From: a virus
Taxonomy: Duplodnaviria; Caudoviricetes
Virus record (IMG/VR): IMGVR_UViG_3300016667_000048
Location: 1 to 47,272 of that record
Strand: one strand, 5' to 3'
DNA length: 47,272 bases
Shown: piece by piece, positions 18,005-26,572 of the stretch
How the letters are laid out: each line of letters begins with the position of its first letter
Numbering within the stretch: position 1 is the stretch's first letter
The notes under the pieces: generated by a model
Told to the model about the DNA's origin: nothing
What the model saw: only the letters and a program-made list of their open reading frames with translations
The model's database searches: none
Position numbers and translations under genes: made by a program

Positions 18005-19332
18005 CAGTAGGCCCCCGTGCGCTGGTTAACAAATAGTTCCGTACTGACAATTTCCGTGCTCGTGGCGGCTTTACCGGAAACAATCAGTTGGTACAGGCGA
18101 CCGTTGAGGAACAAACTACCGCCCCCGCGAGCGCCAATATAGAGCGGGTAATTTCCGTAAGCTCCAGTGCCTTGAGAGGCAGAGTTCGTGGATGCCGCGC
18201 CATTAAGCCGCATGGTGCAATTGGTACCGCCTATGTCACCTATTCCAGACATTACTACTGTCTTTGGCGCGGTATACGCGGTGTCTACAGTTAGTGCGGA
18301 CGCGAGTACTGTACCTTTACTGTACCAAGCGAATAGGTTTGATCCGGACGGCGCAATAGCTGAAACGACCCCGTTGTTACCGCTGAGGGAGTTTGAGAGT
18401 TCCGCAATAACACCAGTGGTCGCATCACTCAACTTGCGCACTCCAGCACTCACGAACATCTTGTCCGTCGCGCTGAAGTTGATACTGTTGGTCGCCATGC
18501 TCGACGACGTGCCGTTGAACGACAGGTACGGCTTGAAGCCCACGGTGTCGTAATCGGTGCTGGTGTTGACGCGCTGGTAGGCGGGCTGGTTTAAAGACTC
18601 ATTTGTCGGTCTGAAATCGGCATTTTTAAGATAGATTCCGCTAGTACCATCACCAAGATAGGTTGCATCGGCAAACGACGTAGCGGTATCTGGCATAACA
18701 AAAATGCCAAACTGAGTAGCCCCCGCTACTGTGTAATTTCTGCTGATTGCGCAAGCGCACCAACCGTCGCTTGTTACCGTGACCGTCGCTGACATGCCAC
18801 CCGCAGTAGCTATTACTGTTGCGGCGGATAAATCTATAATAGCGTAAGCGCCGCTAACGCTGTTCTCACGCAGCATAACGCGCTTACGTTCTGCAGCTTT
18901 TGCTTGGAACAGAAACAGCGCAGTAGTTGCGAGTATGGTCGGGGTCTGCGACACGTAATGTAGATTACTTGTCGCATTCTCTACTAGCTTTTGCTGCCCG
19001 GAAACCACCGATACAGAAGCGTTTGTCTTTGACCACGCCGCATCATCAAACTGCTCAGTCTTCGTCAGCAGGTTATACCGCGCCGACAGCGTGGGCCGGT
19101 TGCCTGCCGTGGCTTGGGTTGCGTGATTCCCTCGGCCAGACTTGTCCAGCATCTTGCCGACAGGCTGCTCAACAGCCGTAACCGGAGTCGTACCAGCACT
19201 GTCTTGAAACAGCGTGCTCATGTCGCTCGGGTCGTACCAGACGCCTTGGACACCGGTCGAGAAAAGCTGCGCTGGCGTGAACAGCGAAGCCACGTAATTC
19301 TGCGGCAGACCTAGCCCGAACCCGAACGACAT
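18004..19332 (-). CDS. Virion protein with ConA/LamG-like lectin domains (possible head fiber)
   Basis: 442 aa. WYDPSDMSTLFQD, DKSGRGNHATQ, an inserted CBM-like segment (NLLTKTEQFD) and LYIGARGG. Confidence 0.65.
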   Translation of the reverse strand: MSFGFGLGLPQNYVASLFTPAQLFSTGVQGVWYDPSDMSTLFQDSAGTTPVTAVEQPVGKMLDKSGRGNHATQATAGNRPTLSARYNLLTKTEQFDDAAWSKTNASVSVVSGQQKLVENATSNLHYVSQTPTILATTALFLFQAKAAERKRVMLRENSVSGAYAIIDLSAATVIATAGGMSATVTVTSDGWCACAISRNYTVAGATQFGIFVMPDTATSFADATYLGDGTSGIYLKNADFRPTNESLNQPAYQRVNTSTDYDTVGFKPYLSFNGTSSSMATNSINFSATDKMFVSAGVRKLSDATTGVIAELSNSLSGNNGVVSAIAPSGSNLFAWYSKGTVLASALTVDTAYTAPKTVVMSGIGDIGGTNCTMRLNGAASTNSASQGTGAYGNYPLYIGARGGGSLFLNGRLYQLIVSGKAATSTEIVSTELFVNQRTGAY

Positions 19333-19340
19333 GGCAGACC

Positions 19341-19595
19341 TTAAAAGATACGGACCAGCGAGGTCGCGGTGGTACTTGCCGACCAGACCTTCACTACCTG
19401 CACGGGCAACACTTGGCCTGCTTGGACGCCAGTAAACACGACATCCGTACCCTGTGCCGTAGTGACCTTGATGTTACCGGCACCACCAACAAAGATCACA
19501 GACGGGTTGAACGTGGTCGTATCGCTGACCGTCACGGCTGCGGCATCGCCCGGAAACATCGGAAACGTCGGGCTGAAATTTGTCTGCTTACCCAT
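19341..19595 (-). CDS. Small beta-rich virion (spike-base-like) protein
   Basis: IFVGGAGNIKV...GQVLPVQVVKVWSASTTA. Confidence 0.6.
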   Translation of the reverse strand: MGKQTNFSPTFPMFPGDAAAVTVSDTTTFNPSVIFVGGAGNIKVTTAQGTDVVFTGVQAGQVLPVQVVKVWSASTTATSLVRIF

Positions 19596-19714
19596 TACTG
19601 CTCCTTCGGCTTAGTCGTCTTGCGGGCTGGCTTCGGCTCTTTGGGAGCACTGACAGGGGGCTTGGCCCCCTGCTGCGCCAGTTCCTCTTCAGTGAACGGC
19701 GTATGCTTCCACAT
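19595..19714 (-). CDS. Small Lys/Pro-rich protein (39 aa)
   Basis: Read manually: MWKHTPFTEEELAQQGAKPPVSAPKEPKPARKTTKPKEQ. Tightly coupled to both neighbours. Confidence 0.5.
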   Translation of the reverse strand: MWKHTPFTEEELAQQGAKPPVSAPKEPKPARKTTKPKEQ

Positions 19715-19717
19715 ACA

Positions 19718-20200
19718 TTAAGCCGTCAGCGGGTACTGGTAAGCCACACCGTTGACCACATTCTTCTGGATGTAGCGAACAGTGACCACAAAACGACCGG
19801 CAGTCAGGGTACCCGTGCCCACAGCGTAACGGACGTACACGGTGGTATCTGCACTGTTGGAGGTCTGCCAAGCCAGTTGAGTGGCTGCAGTAGCGGTGCC
19901 ACGGAAACGACCGCCTGCCGAACTATCCACAGCCGCCATCAGTTCAGCGCCACCCGAGGTAGTACCGACCGAGACAGTGGTAGTGCCCGTGCCCGCAGCG
20001 ACAACTTGGTCAACCACGATGTCCAGAACCTGCGAGCCAGCGGGCAGAACAAATGCCGCAGCGTCGTAGCTGCCCGTAGTCTTGCCGGTCAGGTCGCCGG
20101 TATCCAGCGATTGAGCCAGTTCCAGAACGCCGGTATTGCGGCCAGCGCCTTCACGCACGGTACCAACACGAACCGGGCCAGAGAAAGTTGCGAAAGTCAT
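19718..20200 (-). CDS. Putative capsid decoration protein
   Basis: MTFATFSGPVR...LPAGSQVLDIVVD, beta-rich; GAGG RBS; follows the major capsid gene. Confidence 0.6.
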   Translation of the reverse strand: MTFATFSGPVRVGTVREGAGRNTGVLELAQSLDTGDLTGKTTGSYDAAAFVLPAGSQVLDIVVDQVVAAGTGTTTVSVGTTSGGAELMAAVDSSAGGRFRGTATAATQLAWQTSNSADTTVYVRYAVGTGTLTAGRFVVTVRYIQKNVVNGVAYQYPLTA

Positions 20201-20217
20201 GGTAATTCCTCATTACA

Positions 20218-20275
20218 TCCGCTAGTCTTGAGGTAGTCTGCCGGGTCAGTCGAGCGGACAAAAATGGATTCCCGG
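20218..20275 (-). ncRNA. Pseudoknotted RNA element downstream of the capsid gene; candidate Mu-gpT-DE-like motif
   Basis: Minus strand: CCGGG...TCCGCTCGA-CTG-ACCCGG-CAG-...AGCGGA. A TCCGCT/AGCGGA stem encloses a loop CCCGG that is complementary to the upstream CCGGG. Confidence 0.5.
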
Positions 20276-20282
20276 TGGTTGG

Positions 20283-20311
20283 ATTATGGCACTCAATTCA
20301 CTTCTTGTGTA
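20283..20311 (-). promoter_or_regulatory. Sigma70-type promoter with extended -10
   Basis: TACACA-17 nt-CATAAT with TGc directly before the -10; located after the capsid terminator. Confidence 0.5.
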
Positions 20312-20378
20312 GCCTGATTGTGGTACGACACAGGCAACGAGACTTAGTTACAGGTAACTCCCGCCGTGGATGCAACCT

Positions 20379-20407
20379 AAAAAGAAAAAGCCCCCTTGCG
20401 GGGGCTT
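20379..20407 (-). terminator. Intrinsic terminator after the major capsid gene
   Basis: AAGCCCCC-GCAA-GGGGGCTT followed by TTTCTTTTT. Confidence 0.9.
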
Positions 20408-20416
20408 AAATCACGC

Positions 20417-20429
20417 TAAGTGCTTGATT
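20417..20429 (-). promoter_or_regulatory. IHF consensus site
   Basis: AATCAAGCACTTA matches WATCAANNNNTTR. Confidence 0.45.
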
Positions 20430-20432
20430 TTA

Positions 20433-21344
20433 TTAGGTCGAGCCAGGAGACCCGAAAATTCCGAGGGCATCCGACCACCCGAACGAGTAGCGCTCGCGAG
20501 CCTTATAGCGGGCGTTACCGGTATCGAAGTCTCCATCCATGTCAGTCTTGAGGGGACTGCGGACAAAGTGCTTCAGGCCGTTCGGAACGTCGGTCATCAG
20601 GAACCAAGCGTTAGTGTCGGTCAGCCAGTGGTTGACGGTGTAGCCTTCCGGAACGCTGCCGTTGTTCTTCAGAGCGTTGATGTCGTTGTCGGTGGTGCCG
20701 ACACGCAGTTCAGTCTGCAGGAGGCGGGTAGCCACGAACTGCAGAGCCGGAGGAACAATCAGCTTACGCGGCTTGGCAGCGATCAGCAGACCACGCTCGT
20801 CGGTCCAGCCAGCGATCTGAATCACGGCGGCTTCCAGCGAGGTTTCGTTCAGGTCAGCACCAACGGTCGGACGGTTGCTGTTGGTACCACCGGAGACCAG
20901 CGGGTGATCGGTAGCGCACAGGGTCTTGCCGTCGCCGCCAGTGTAACCAGCGGTGAACGCGTTGTTCAGGACCGAAGCAGCCTTGACTTGCTTGGTGTAA
21001 GCCATTGCACGGGCCAGAGCCTTGGTGTAACGAGCCGACAGCGAGTCATACAGGTTGTCTTCGACAGCTTCTTCGGTGATCGAGAAGCCCAGAGCGATGG
21101 TCTCGTGGGTGTAACGAGAAGTCCATGCTTCCTGCGCGTTGTCGTACTGAATGGCAGCGCCTTCAGACTTGACCGGAGCAGAACCGAAGCCCGAGAGCTT
21201 GGTTTCTTCTTCAAAGGAACGCTCGGAAGTCTCGATTTCGTAGATTTCCTTGTGCTCTTCGCCGTAGCGGGCATATTCCAGACCGAACAGTGCGTTCAGA
21301 CCGGGGAGCAGTTCCTTGAGTAGTTGGGCACGAGAAATAGCCAT
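20433..21344 (-). CDS. Major capsid protein (HK97 fold, Mu gpT-like family)
   Basis: MAISRAQLLKELLPGLNALFGLEY...KLIVPPAL...YKARERYSFGWSD; strong codon bias and a downstream terminator. Confidence 0.9.
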   Translation of the reverse strand: MAISRAQLLKELLPGLNALFGLEYARYGEEHKEIYEIETSERSFEEETKLSGFGSAPVKSEGAAIQYDNAQEAWTSRYTHETIALGFSITEEAVEDNLYDSLSARYTKALARAMAYTKQVKAASVLNNAFTAGYTGGDGKTLCATDHPLVSGGTNSNRPTVGADLNETSLEAAVIQIAGWTDERGLLIAAKPRKLIVPPALQFVATRLLQTELRVGTTDNDINALKNNGSVPEGYTVNHWLTDTNAWFLMTDVPNGLKHFVRSPLKTDMDGDFDTGNARYKARERYSFGWSDALGIFGSPGST

Positions 21345-21370
21345 TATTTATCTCCTAATAGGCCGCTGGA

Positions 21371-22033
21371 TTAGACGCCGAGCGAGTTGGTGTAGCTGTG
21401 GACGCCAACGTTGAACTTGACGAGGAACTCGGGGTAAGCATCACCCTCGGTACCACGAACCACATCGACAATACGCAGAGCGAGGGTCGAAGTAGCAGCC
21501 AGCGAACCACCATTGGAACCAACAGTCAGGGTTGCATCCGACAGGCCGGTGGTGGTGTTCGGAGAACCACCCCAAGTGATCGAGGCGTTCTTGCCAATAG
21601 CACCGGGCCAGCCAGAGCCACCGGTACCACTGTTGAAGGTGCCCAGAGCAGCGGTGCCTTGGATGCGATAGATTTGGTCGTAGTCGTCGTTGACGATAAC
21701 CCAGATGTCGGTGTAGCCAGCGGTGACTGCGTTAGCAGGCAGGTACTGAGCCCAAATCGACTGCTTGGTAGCCGGGTTGACGAAACGAACGCCGACGCAC
21801 ACGCCAACGATACCAGCGGTAGCATCAGCAGAGGTGGCCGGAATCTTGACGGCGACCGGGCTGCTGGTCACGCGAGCCGGAAGGCCAGCGCTCGACAGTT
21901 GGACGACATCACCGAAATAGAAAGCAGTGGTATCCGCCGCGACTTTGTACTCGCGAGCAGCGCCACCATTGAAGTGTTGACCACCGATCAGGTTGGTCGG
22001 CTTGAGGCCGTAGGGGGCATTTTGAAGTGCCAT
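21371..22033 (-). CDS. Minor capsid/cement protein
   Basis: 220 aa, APYGLKP N-terminus, beta-rich, directly upstream of the capsid gene. Confidence 0.6.
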   Translation of the reverse strand: MALQNAPYGLKPTNLIGGQHFNGGAAREYKVAADTTAFYFGDVVQLSSAGLPARVTSSPVAVKIPATSADATAGIVGVCVGVRFVNPATKQSIWAQYLPANAVTAGYTDIWVIVNDDYDQIYRIQGTAALGTFNSGTGGSGWPGAIGKNASITWGGSPNTTTGLSDATLTVGSNGGSLAATSTLALRIVDVVRGTEGDAYPEFLVKFNVGVHSYTNSLGV

Positions 22034-22049
22034 GTGAAACTCCTAGAGA

Positions 22050-22490
22050 TTAGTTACCTTTGCCAAAACTAACCTTGGTACGACTCTCCTTGAAGAGAGG
22101 CATACGCGGGTCGTTATCGCGCATGTAGTTGTTATCCACGGACTGCATCTGGGCTTGCGATTGATTTGCGTAGTACTCATCACGCGCACGCGCCATTTCG
22201 ACGGGAATCTTACACAGCATCAGACCGCCGATTTCGACGTTGCCGCTGGTAGTACCCACCATACGCAGTTCAGGATGGTCTTCAACCTTCACCGGCTCCC
22301 AGCCTTCACGCATCTTCTTAGACACGTTGGTCGGATCAGCTTGGCCGAGCAGGTGGGTAGCCACCCAACGGAAAGCGTAACCCGGCTCAGGGGTCGGATC
22401 AGGCAGAGCGCTCGCCGGTTGATACACGTAGCGAGTAGTCTTGTCGCGTGCCGCAAGGTCACGAGGGGTCCGGTTCATAACATCAGCCAT
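22050..22490 (-). CDS. Conserved head-module protein
   Basis: GYAFRWV, REGWEPV and GGLMLCKIP. Confidence 0.65.
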   Translation of the reverse strand: MADVMNRTPRDLAARDKTTRYVYQPASALPDPTPEPGYAFRWVATHLLGQADPTNVSKKMREGWEPVKVEDHPELRMVGTTSGNVEIGGLMLCKIPVEMARARDEYYANQSQAQMQSVDNNYMRDNDPRMPLFKESRTKVSFGKGN

Positions 22491-23433
22491 TCGATTTCTC
22501 CAGTTTTGCCAGTTCGGCAGCGTATTGCTGCGGGGTCAATCCAAACTTCTTAGCGAGTGCCACTTGCGTAGCAGTCAGTTGAATCTTCTTCGCTCCAGTA
22601 GAACGAGCCCCCGGAGCCACTACCGTCGCAGGCTTCTTGGAAACCTCGCCGGATTTAGGCTTGTCTTCAGCGTTACCGAAATACTCCGGAAACACCTGCT
22701 TCATGCGAGAATCAATCTTCTCGAAGTACTCATCAGAGCGGGGATCAACCCCGGAATTCACTAGCTTTTGGTGCAGCCCCAGTGAGAAGCTGGTCATGTC
22801 TTCGTGTCCTGCAGCACCAAACCACTGGTTATTAGCCTGCCAGCGCAGTGTTTTGTCATCGATCTGCGGCTGCGGGTCACTTACTGGCATTTGTACCAGT
22901 GTTTCGACATCCTGTAAAGGCTCAGGACGATAGTTCCTAACGCTATTAGCGCGCAGCTTAGCTTCAGTCAGGGCTTCTTGAGCGGAAACAATCGCGTCAG
23001 GGTCGCCAGATTCATAGGCTTCCTTGTACTTGCGCTTTGCCGCATCAACTTCTAACTCGACGGCAGCGGTTGCAGTCTCCTTGTACTGCTGCGCGCCAGC
23101 ATCGAATCGGCTCTTGAGTCGCTTGTGCTCTTCGATCAGCGTGCGAGCAATACGCTCAAGCTCTTGCTTCTCACGCAGCAGGGCTTCCTTGGCACGACGC
23201 TCGTCGTGACGGGCGTGCGTCAGTTCCTTGATTCGCTTCTGAACACCATCCGAGTAGTTGTTCAGTTCGTCTTCGGTCGGCTCATTGACTTCGCGCTCCA
23301 GCGGCTTGCGACCCCGATCTTTTTCGGGGGTATCGTCAACGACTTCAATTTCGATTTCGTTACTGACTTCCGGCGAGCCGGATTCAATTTCGTCGTCGGG
23401 CTTTTCAACTTGGTCAGTCATACTTACCTCCAT
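22483..23433 (-). CDS. Scaffolding protein
   Basis: Acidic N-terminus, long coiled coil and C-terminal QVALAKKFGLTPQQYA. Confidence 0.75.
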   Translation of the reverse strand: MEVSMTDQVEKPDDEIESGSPEVSNEIEIEVVDDTPEKDRGRKPLEREVNEPTEDELNNYSDGVQKRIKELTHARHDERRAKEALLREKQELERIARTLIEEHKRLKSRFDAGAQQYKETATAAVELEVDAAKRKYKEAYESGDPDAIVSAQEALTEAKLRANSVRNYRPEPLQDVETLVQMPVSDPQPQIDDKTLRWQANNQWFGAAGHEDMTSFSLGLHQKLVNSGVDPRSDEYFEKIDSRMKQVFPEYFGNAEDKPKSGEVSKKPATVVAPGARSTGAKKIQLTATQVALAKKFGLTPQQYAAELAKLEKSNG

Positions 23434-23867
23434 TAAGCGCGTGTCAGGCCACGCGGGTCTTGAACGACGGCATCAATCATGTCGTCGTTGAGCAGGCGGA
23501 ACTCTTTGCCGTGAATCTTGAAGCGCGTACCCGAATAGGTACGAGTCAGAACGAAGTCGCCAGCCTTACACCACGGACCCGTAGGGAACTTGGCGGTATC
23601 CTTGTACGCATCGGGGCCGACCTTCAGCACGAACAGCACAGTGGTAGCGTGCTCTTCTTGGCGCATAGACTGAGTGTCGCGAACCAGATCGAGCGAGGTA
23701 CCCGCGATACGCTCGTCCACATCAGGCACGACACACAGAATCTTCCAGCCAGTCGGTTCCGGGAGTTGCGTAGCTTTTTGCTCTGCGCTGGCGTTTTCGT
23801 CAGGGGCTTCGACCGGTTGGATCGGCTTCGGCATGCTGACGCCGGGGGGAAGAATGAGTCTACTCAT
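23433..23867 (-). CDS. GroES-like co-chaperonin
   Basis: Probable start MSRLILPPG. PTGWKIL, VLKVGPDAY, GDFV, YSGTRFKIHGKEFRLLNDD and IDAVV follow the Cpn10 pattern. Confidence 0.8.
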   Translation of the reverse strand: MSRLILPPGVSMPKPIQPVEAPDENASAEQKATQLPEPTGWKILCVVPDVDERIAGTSLDLVRDTQSMRQEEHATTVLFVLKVGPDAYKDTAKFPTGPWCKAGDFVLTRTYSGTRFKIHGKEFRLLNDDMIDAVVQDPRGLTRA

Positions 23868-24054
23868 CGTCGTTCTCAACTTTCTCAAGCAAGGTCTGAA
23901 GGTAAGACTCCGCGCGGGCAAGACCTTGGATCACCCCGCAGAGTTTTTGGTATTCGTCATAGGAGCGGCAGGTGCCGCTCGCCATGTCTTCGGAAAGAAG
24001 CGTTATGTCCTTGTGAAGTTGATCGCGCAGGACACGGGCGAAGTCTTTAATCAT
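23860..24054 (-). CDS. Small helical head-module protein
   Basis: 64 aa, YDEYQKLCGVIQGL; lies between portal and GroES-like genes. Confidence 0.7.
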   Translation of the reverse strand: MIKDFARVLRDQLHKDITLLSEDMASGTCRSYDEYQKLCGVIQGLARAESYLQTLLEKVENDDE

Positions 24055-26564
24055 TGCTTGTTACCGGAGTCGCCAAGACTATCGCGTTGGTGCAGCGCTT
24101 GGAGTGCTTGCATCTCCTGAACTGCAATCTCACGATCCTTCTGGGCAATAGCACTGTCTTGCGAACGACTGAGCGAACCTGCTTGCATAGCCTTGATTTC
24201 AATGTTTTGCTCATTGAATTCTTCAGTAGCCATTTGCTTACGCTCAGCCAACTCTTGCTTGTCAGCACGATCAGCGGCTTCCATTTGCAGGCGTTGCTTC
24301 TCAAGATCAAGCTTATCTGCACGATCAGCAGCTTCCATACGGAGTTGTTGCTCCTGAATAGCCACCTGACGCTCCTTAAGCTCCATCTCCTTCATCTGCA
24401 TCTGGATAACCGGGTCTTGTGCTTGCTGTTGCGCCTGCTGTTGTGCAGCCATCTGTTGACTTTGTTGCAGCACTTGTTGGCCTGCTTGTGCAAGCATACC
24501 AGAAAGAGCCTTTTCAAATTCGGGCGGCAGCGGATCGTCTTCACTCGGCAGCGACATACCAAGCGAAGCTTCGATCTTACGCTGATACATAAACGCTGCG
24601 TGCTCGGCAATATGCGCCTGCATAGCTGCAGCCATTGCTTGCGCGTTCGGGTTCTGACCCATCAACTGCATCATCATCGGGTCTTGCATTGCTGCTTGGT
24701 GAACCGCCAGATGTGCCTCGTGGTCTTGGTACAGGAACGCCTTGACCGGCTTGCCACGCAGAATGTTCATGTTCTCCGTAACCGGGTTCAGCGGCTTCAT
24801 GTCTTCCGGCAGCTTGACCAGCTTGTCGGCGTGCTTGATACCCAGAACGTCCAGCATGCCACGGTGCAGTTGCGGCAGGTCGTAAATCTGCGGAGCCGAC
24901 TGCGCCAGTTGGATAACGGCTTGGTACTGGACGACGCGCTGACTCAGGGTAGCGGCATTGGGGTCGCTGACCGGGATGATTTCAACGTGCTTGAAGTCCG
25001 CGTTGCGGTCAAAGTCGCTGCCCGTATCCGGCTGGTAGTCGTAGCTGTTCTCAGCGTAGTCGCTGATGACGCCCTTGATGAGATTCAGTTCCTGCTTCAG
25101 TGCGTAATGCACGCGAGCCTGAACAGCCGTCATCACCTTAAGCTGGCGCTCCAGCAGAGCCAGAGTCGTACCCACCGGGGCTTGCGCGGACATGTCGCTA
25201 ACTTGCATGTCAGCGGTAGCAGCAAACCGACGACCTTCTTCGACAATGCTACCCAGCAGGGTAAACAGAGTCTGGCTCGGCTCCTTATACGGGAGCGGCA
25301 GAATGTTGTCGCGGATGGCACCGCTGGCGAGGTCCACATCACGGAACTCACCCGGAGAGATGGGGGTGTCATCTCCCTTGATACGCAGACCCCGGCTCTT
25401 CAAACCCCCCGGGAGGTTTGCCAACGTGCCTGCATCGACAAGCTGGCGCATGATACTCGTGGCGCTCTTGGCGAAACCACCAATCAGGTGGAACAGACCA
25501 AAGCCGTACGGACCAAATCCCGGAATGTAATTGTATTGGACAAAGTGCTGGCGCTTCAAGCGCAGTGGGTCACCAGCTTTCCAGTTACGGCGAATAGCGA
25601 GGATAGTGCCCGTGCCACGAATCATCGTGACCACATACGGCAGCATCACACCGGTAGCGTTACCGTCAGCGTCCGTGTCTTCGTAGCCCGGCAGGTCGAG
25701 GTCCACATGGCATTCATACAGCACGAAGCGATCATCGTTGATGTCGCTGAAGCCCGTCTCTTCGTCCTTGGCCTTGCTGATGTCATCACGGGTGCGGTCA
25801 GGCTCGCCAATGTCGCAGTCCATGTAGAACCCGGCTTGCTGGAGCTTGATGATGTCGTTCTTGGTCTTACGCATCACATGGGTGATACGATGGCTCGACC
25901 GCGCATCCGACACGCCGTACGGCAGCAGAATGTCTTCTGCCGGGATAAACATAGACACCTGTCGGTCGATGCTCGGGTCGAAGTAGACTTTCTTGAACGC
26001 ACTACCTGCAGCGGGCAGGTTCCACAGCATGCGCTCATGCTCCGAGCGGAACTCCACCATGCGCTCAGTAAGCTGGTAGTTCATATCAGCTTCAACGCGG
26101 GCAGCGGCGTCCTTCTTCTCGGGCGTCTCCTTGCCCAAAATCTTAGTACGCACCGGGCCTGATGCCGGGAAAGTTTCGGTGATGGTCTCCGACTGGAAAC
26201 GCACTACCGCTTCGGTAATCATCGGGTGGAACACGCCACACGCACCGGTCCACGGCTCCGTACGCTCTTCGTACTTGAGGCCCAGTAGTTTCAGGCCGTC
26301 GATGTACGCCTGCTCCCAGTCCTTGCGGCTGAGTCGGTCGTTGTCAATGTCTCCCTCCAGCGTGCCAGCCAGCGAAGCCAGCTTGCTAGGGTCAACCAAC
26401 TCTGCGAGGTTGTCGTCAAAGTCTTCGCCCTCTTCCAGAAGGTCAGACTCTTCTTCCGACAGAGGTTCAATCTCAACCTCGATTTCCATCACAGGCTCTT
26501 CGATGCTGATGTTTGCCAAGCCTTGCGGAGCCGCATACAGCCCCCGGTCCATGTTCGTCGCCAT
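24051..26564 (-). CDS. Portal protein (P22-like, with a long C-terminal coiled coil)
   Basis: 837 aa after the terminase. GSAFKKVYFD, LVDAGTLANLPGG and a Gln-rich C-terminal barrel. Confidence 0.88.
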   Translation of the reverse strand: MATNMDRGLYAAPQGLANISIEEPVMEIEVEIEPLSEEESDLLEEGEDFDDNLAELVDPSKLASLAGTLEGDIDNDRLSRKDWEQAYIDGLKLLGLKYEERTEPWTGACGVFHPMITEAVVRFQSETITETFPASGPVRTKILGKETPEKKDAAARVEADMNYQLTERMVEFRSEHERMLWNLPAAGSAFKKVYFDPSIDRQVSMFIPAEDILLPYGVSDARSSHRITHVMRKTKNDIIKLQQAGFYMDCDIGEPDRTRDDISKAKDEETGFSDINDDRFVLYECHVDLDLPGYEDTDADGNATGVMLPYVVTMIRGTGTILAIRRNWKAGDPLRLKRQHFVQYNYIPGFGPYGFGLFHLIGGFAKSATSIMRQLVDAGTLANLPGGLKSRGLRIKGDDTPISPGEFRDVDLASGAIRDNILPLPYKEPSQTLFTLLGSIVEEGRRFAATADMQVSDMSAQAPVGTTLALLERQLKVMTAVQARVHYALKQELNLIKGVISDYAENSYDYQPDTGSDFDRNADFKHVEIIPVSDPNAATLSQRVVQYQAVIQLAQSAPQIYDLPQLHRGMLDVLGIKHADKLVKLPEDMKPLNPVTENMNILRGKPVKAFLYQDHEAHLAVHQAAMQDPMMMQLMGQNPNAQAMAAAMQAHIAEHAAFMYQRKIEASLGMSLPSEDDPLPPEFEKALSGMLAQAGQQVLQQSQQMAAQQQAQQQAQDPVIQMQMKEMELKERQVAIQEQQLRMEAADRADKLDLEKQRLQMEAADRADKQELAERKQMATEEFNEQNIEIKAMQAGSLSRSQDSAIAQKDREIAVQEMQALQALHQRDSLGDSGNKQ

Positions 26565-26572
26565 TTATGTCC

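Noticed and set aside
24054-26162. 702-aa plus-strand ORF and other long antisense ORFs (e.g. 20370-21323, 33245-34114)
   Set aside because: These are shadow frames opposite well-supported portal, capsid and ATPase genes, with no recognisable motifs.
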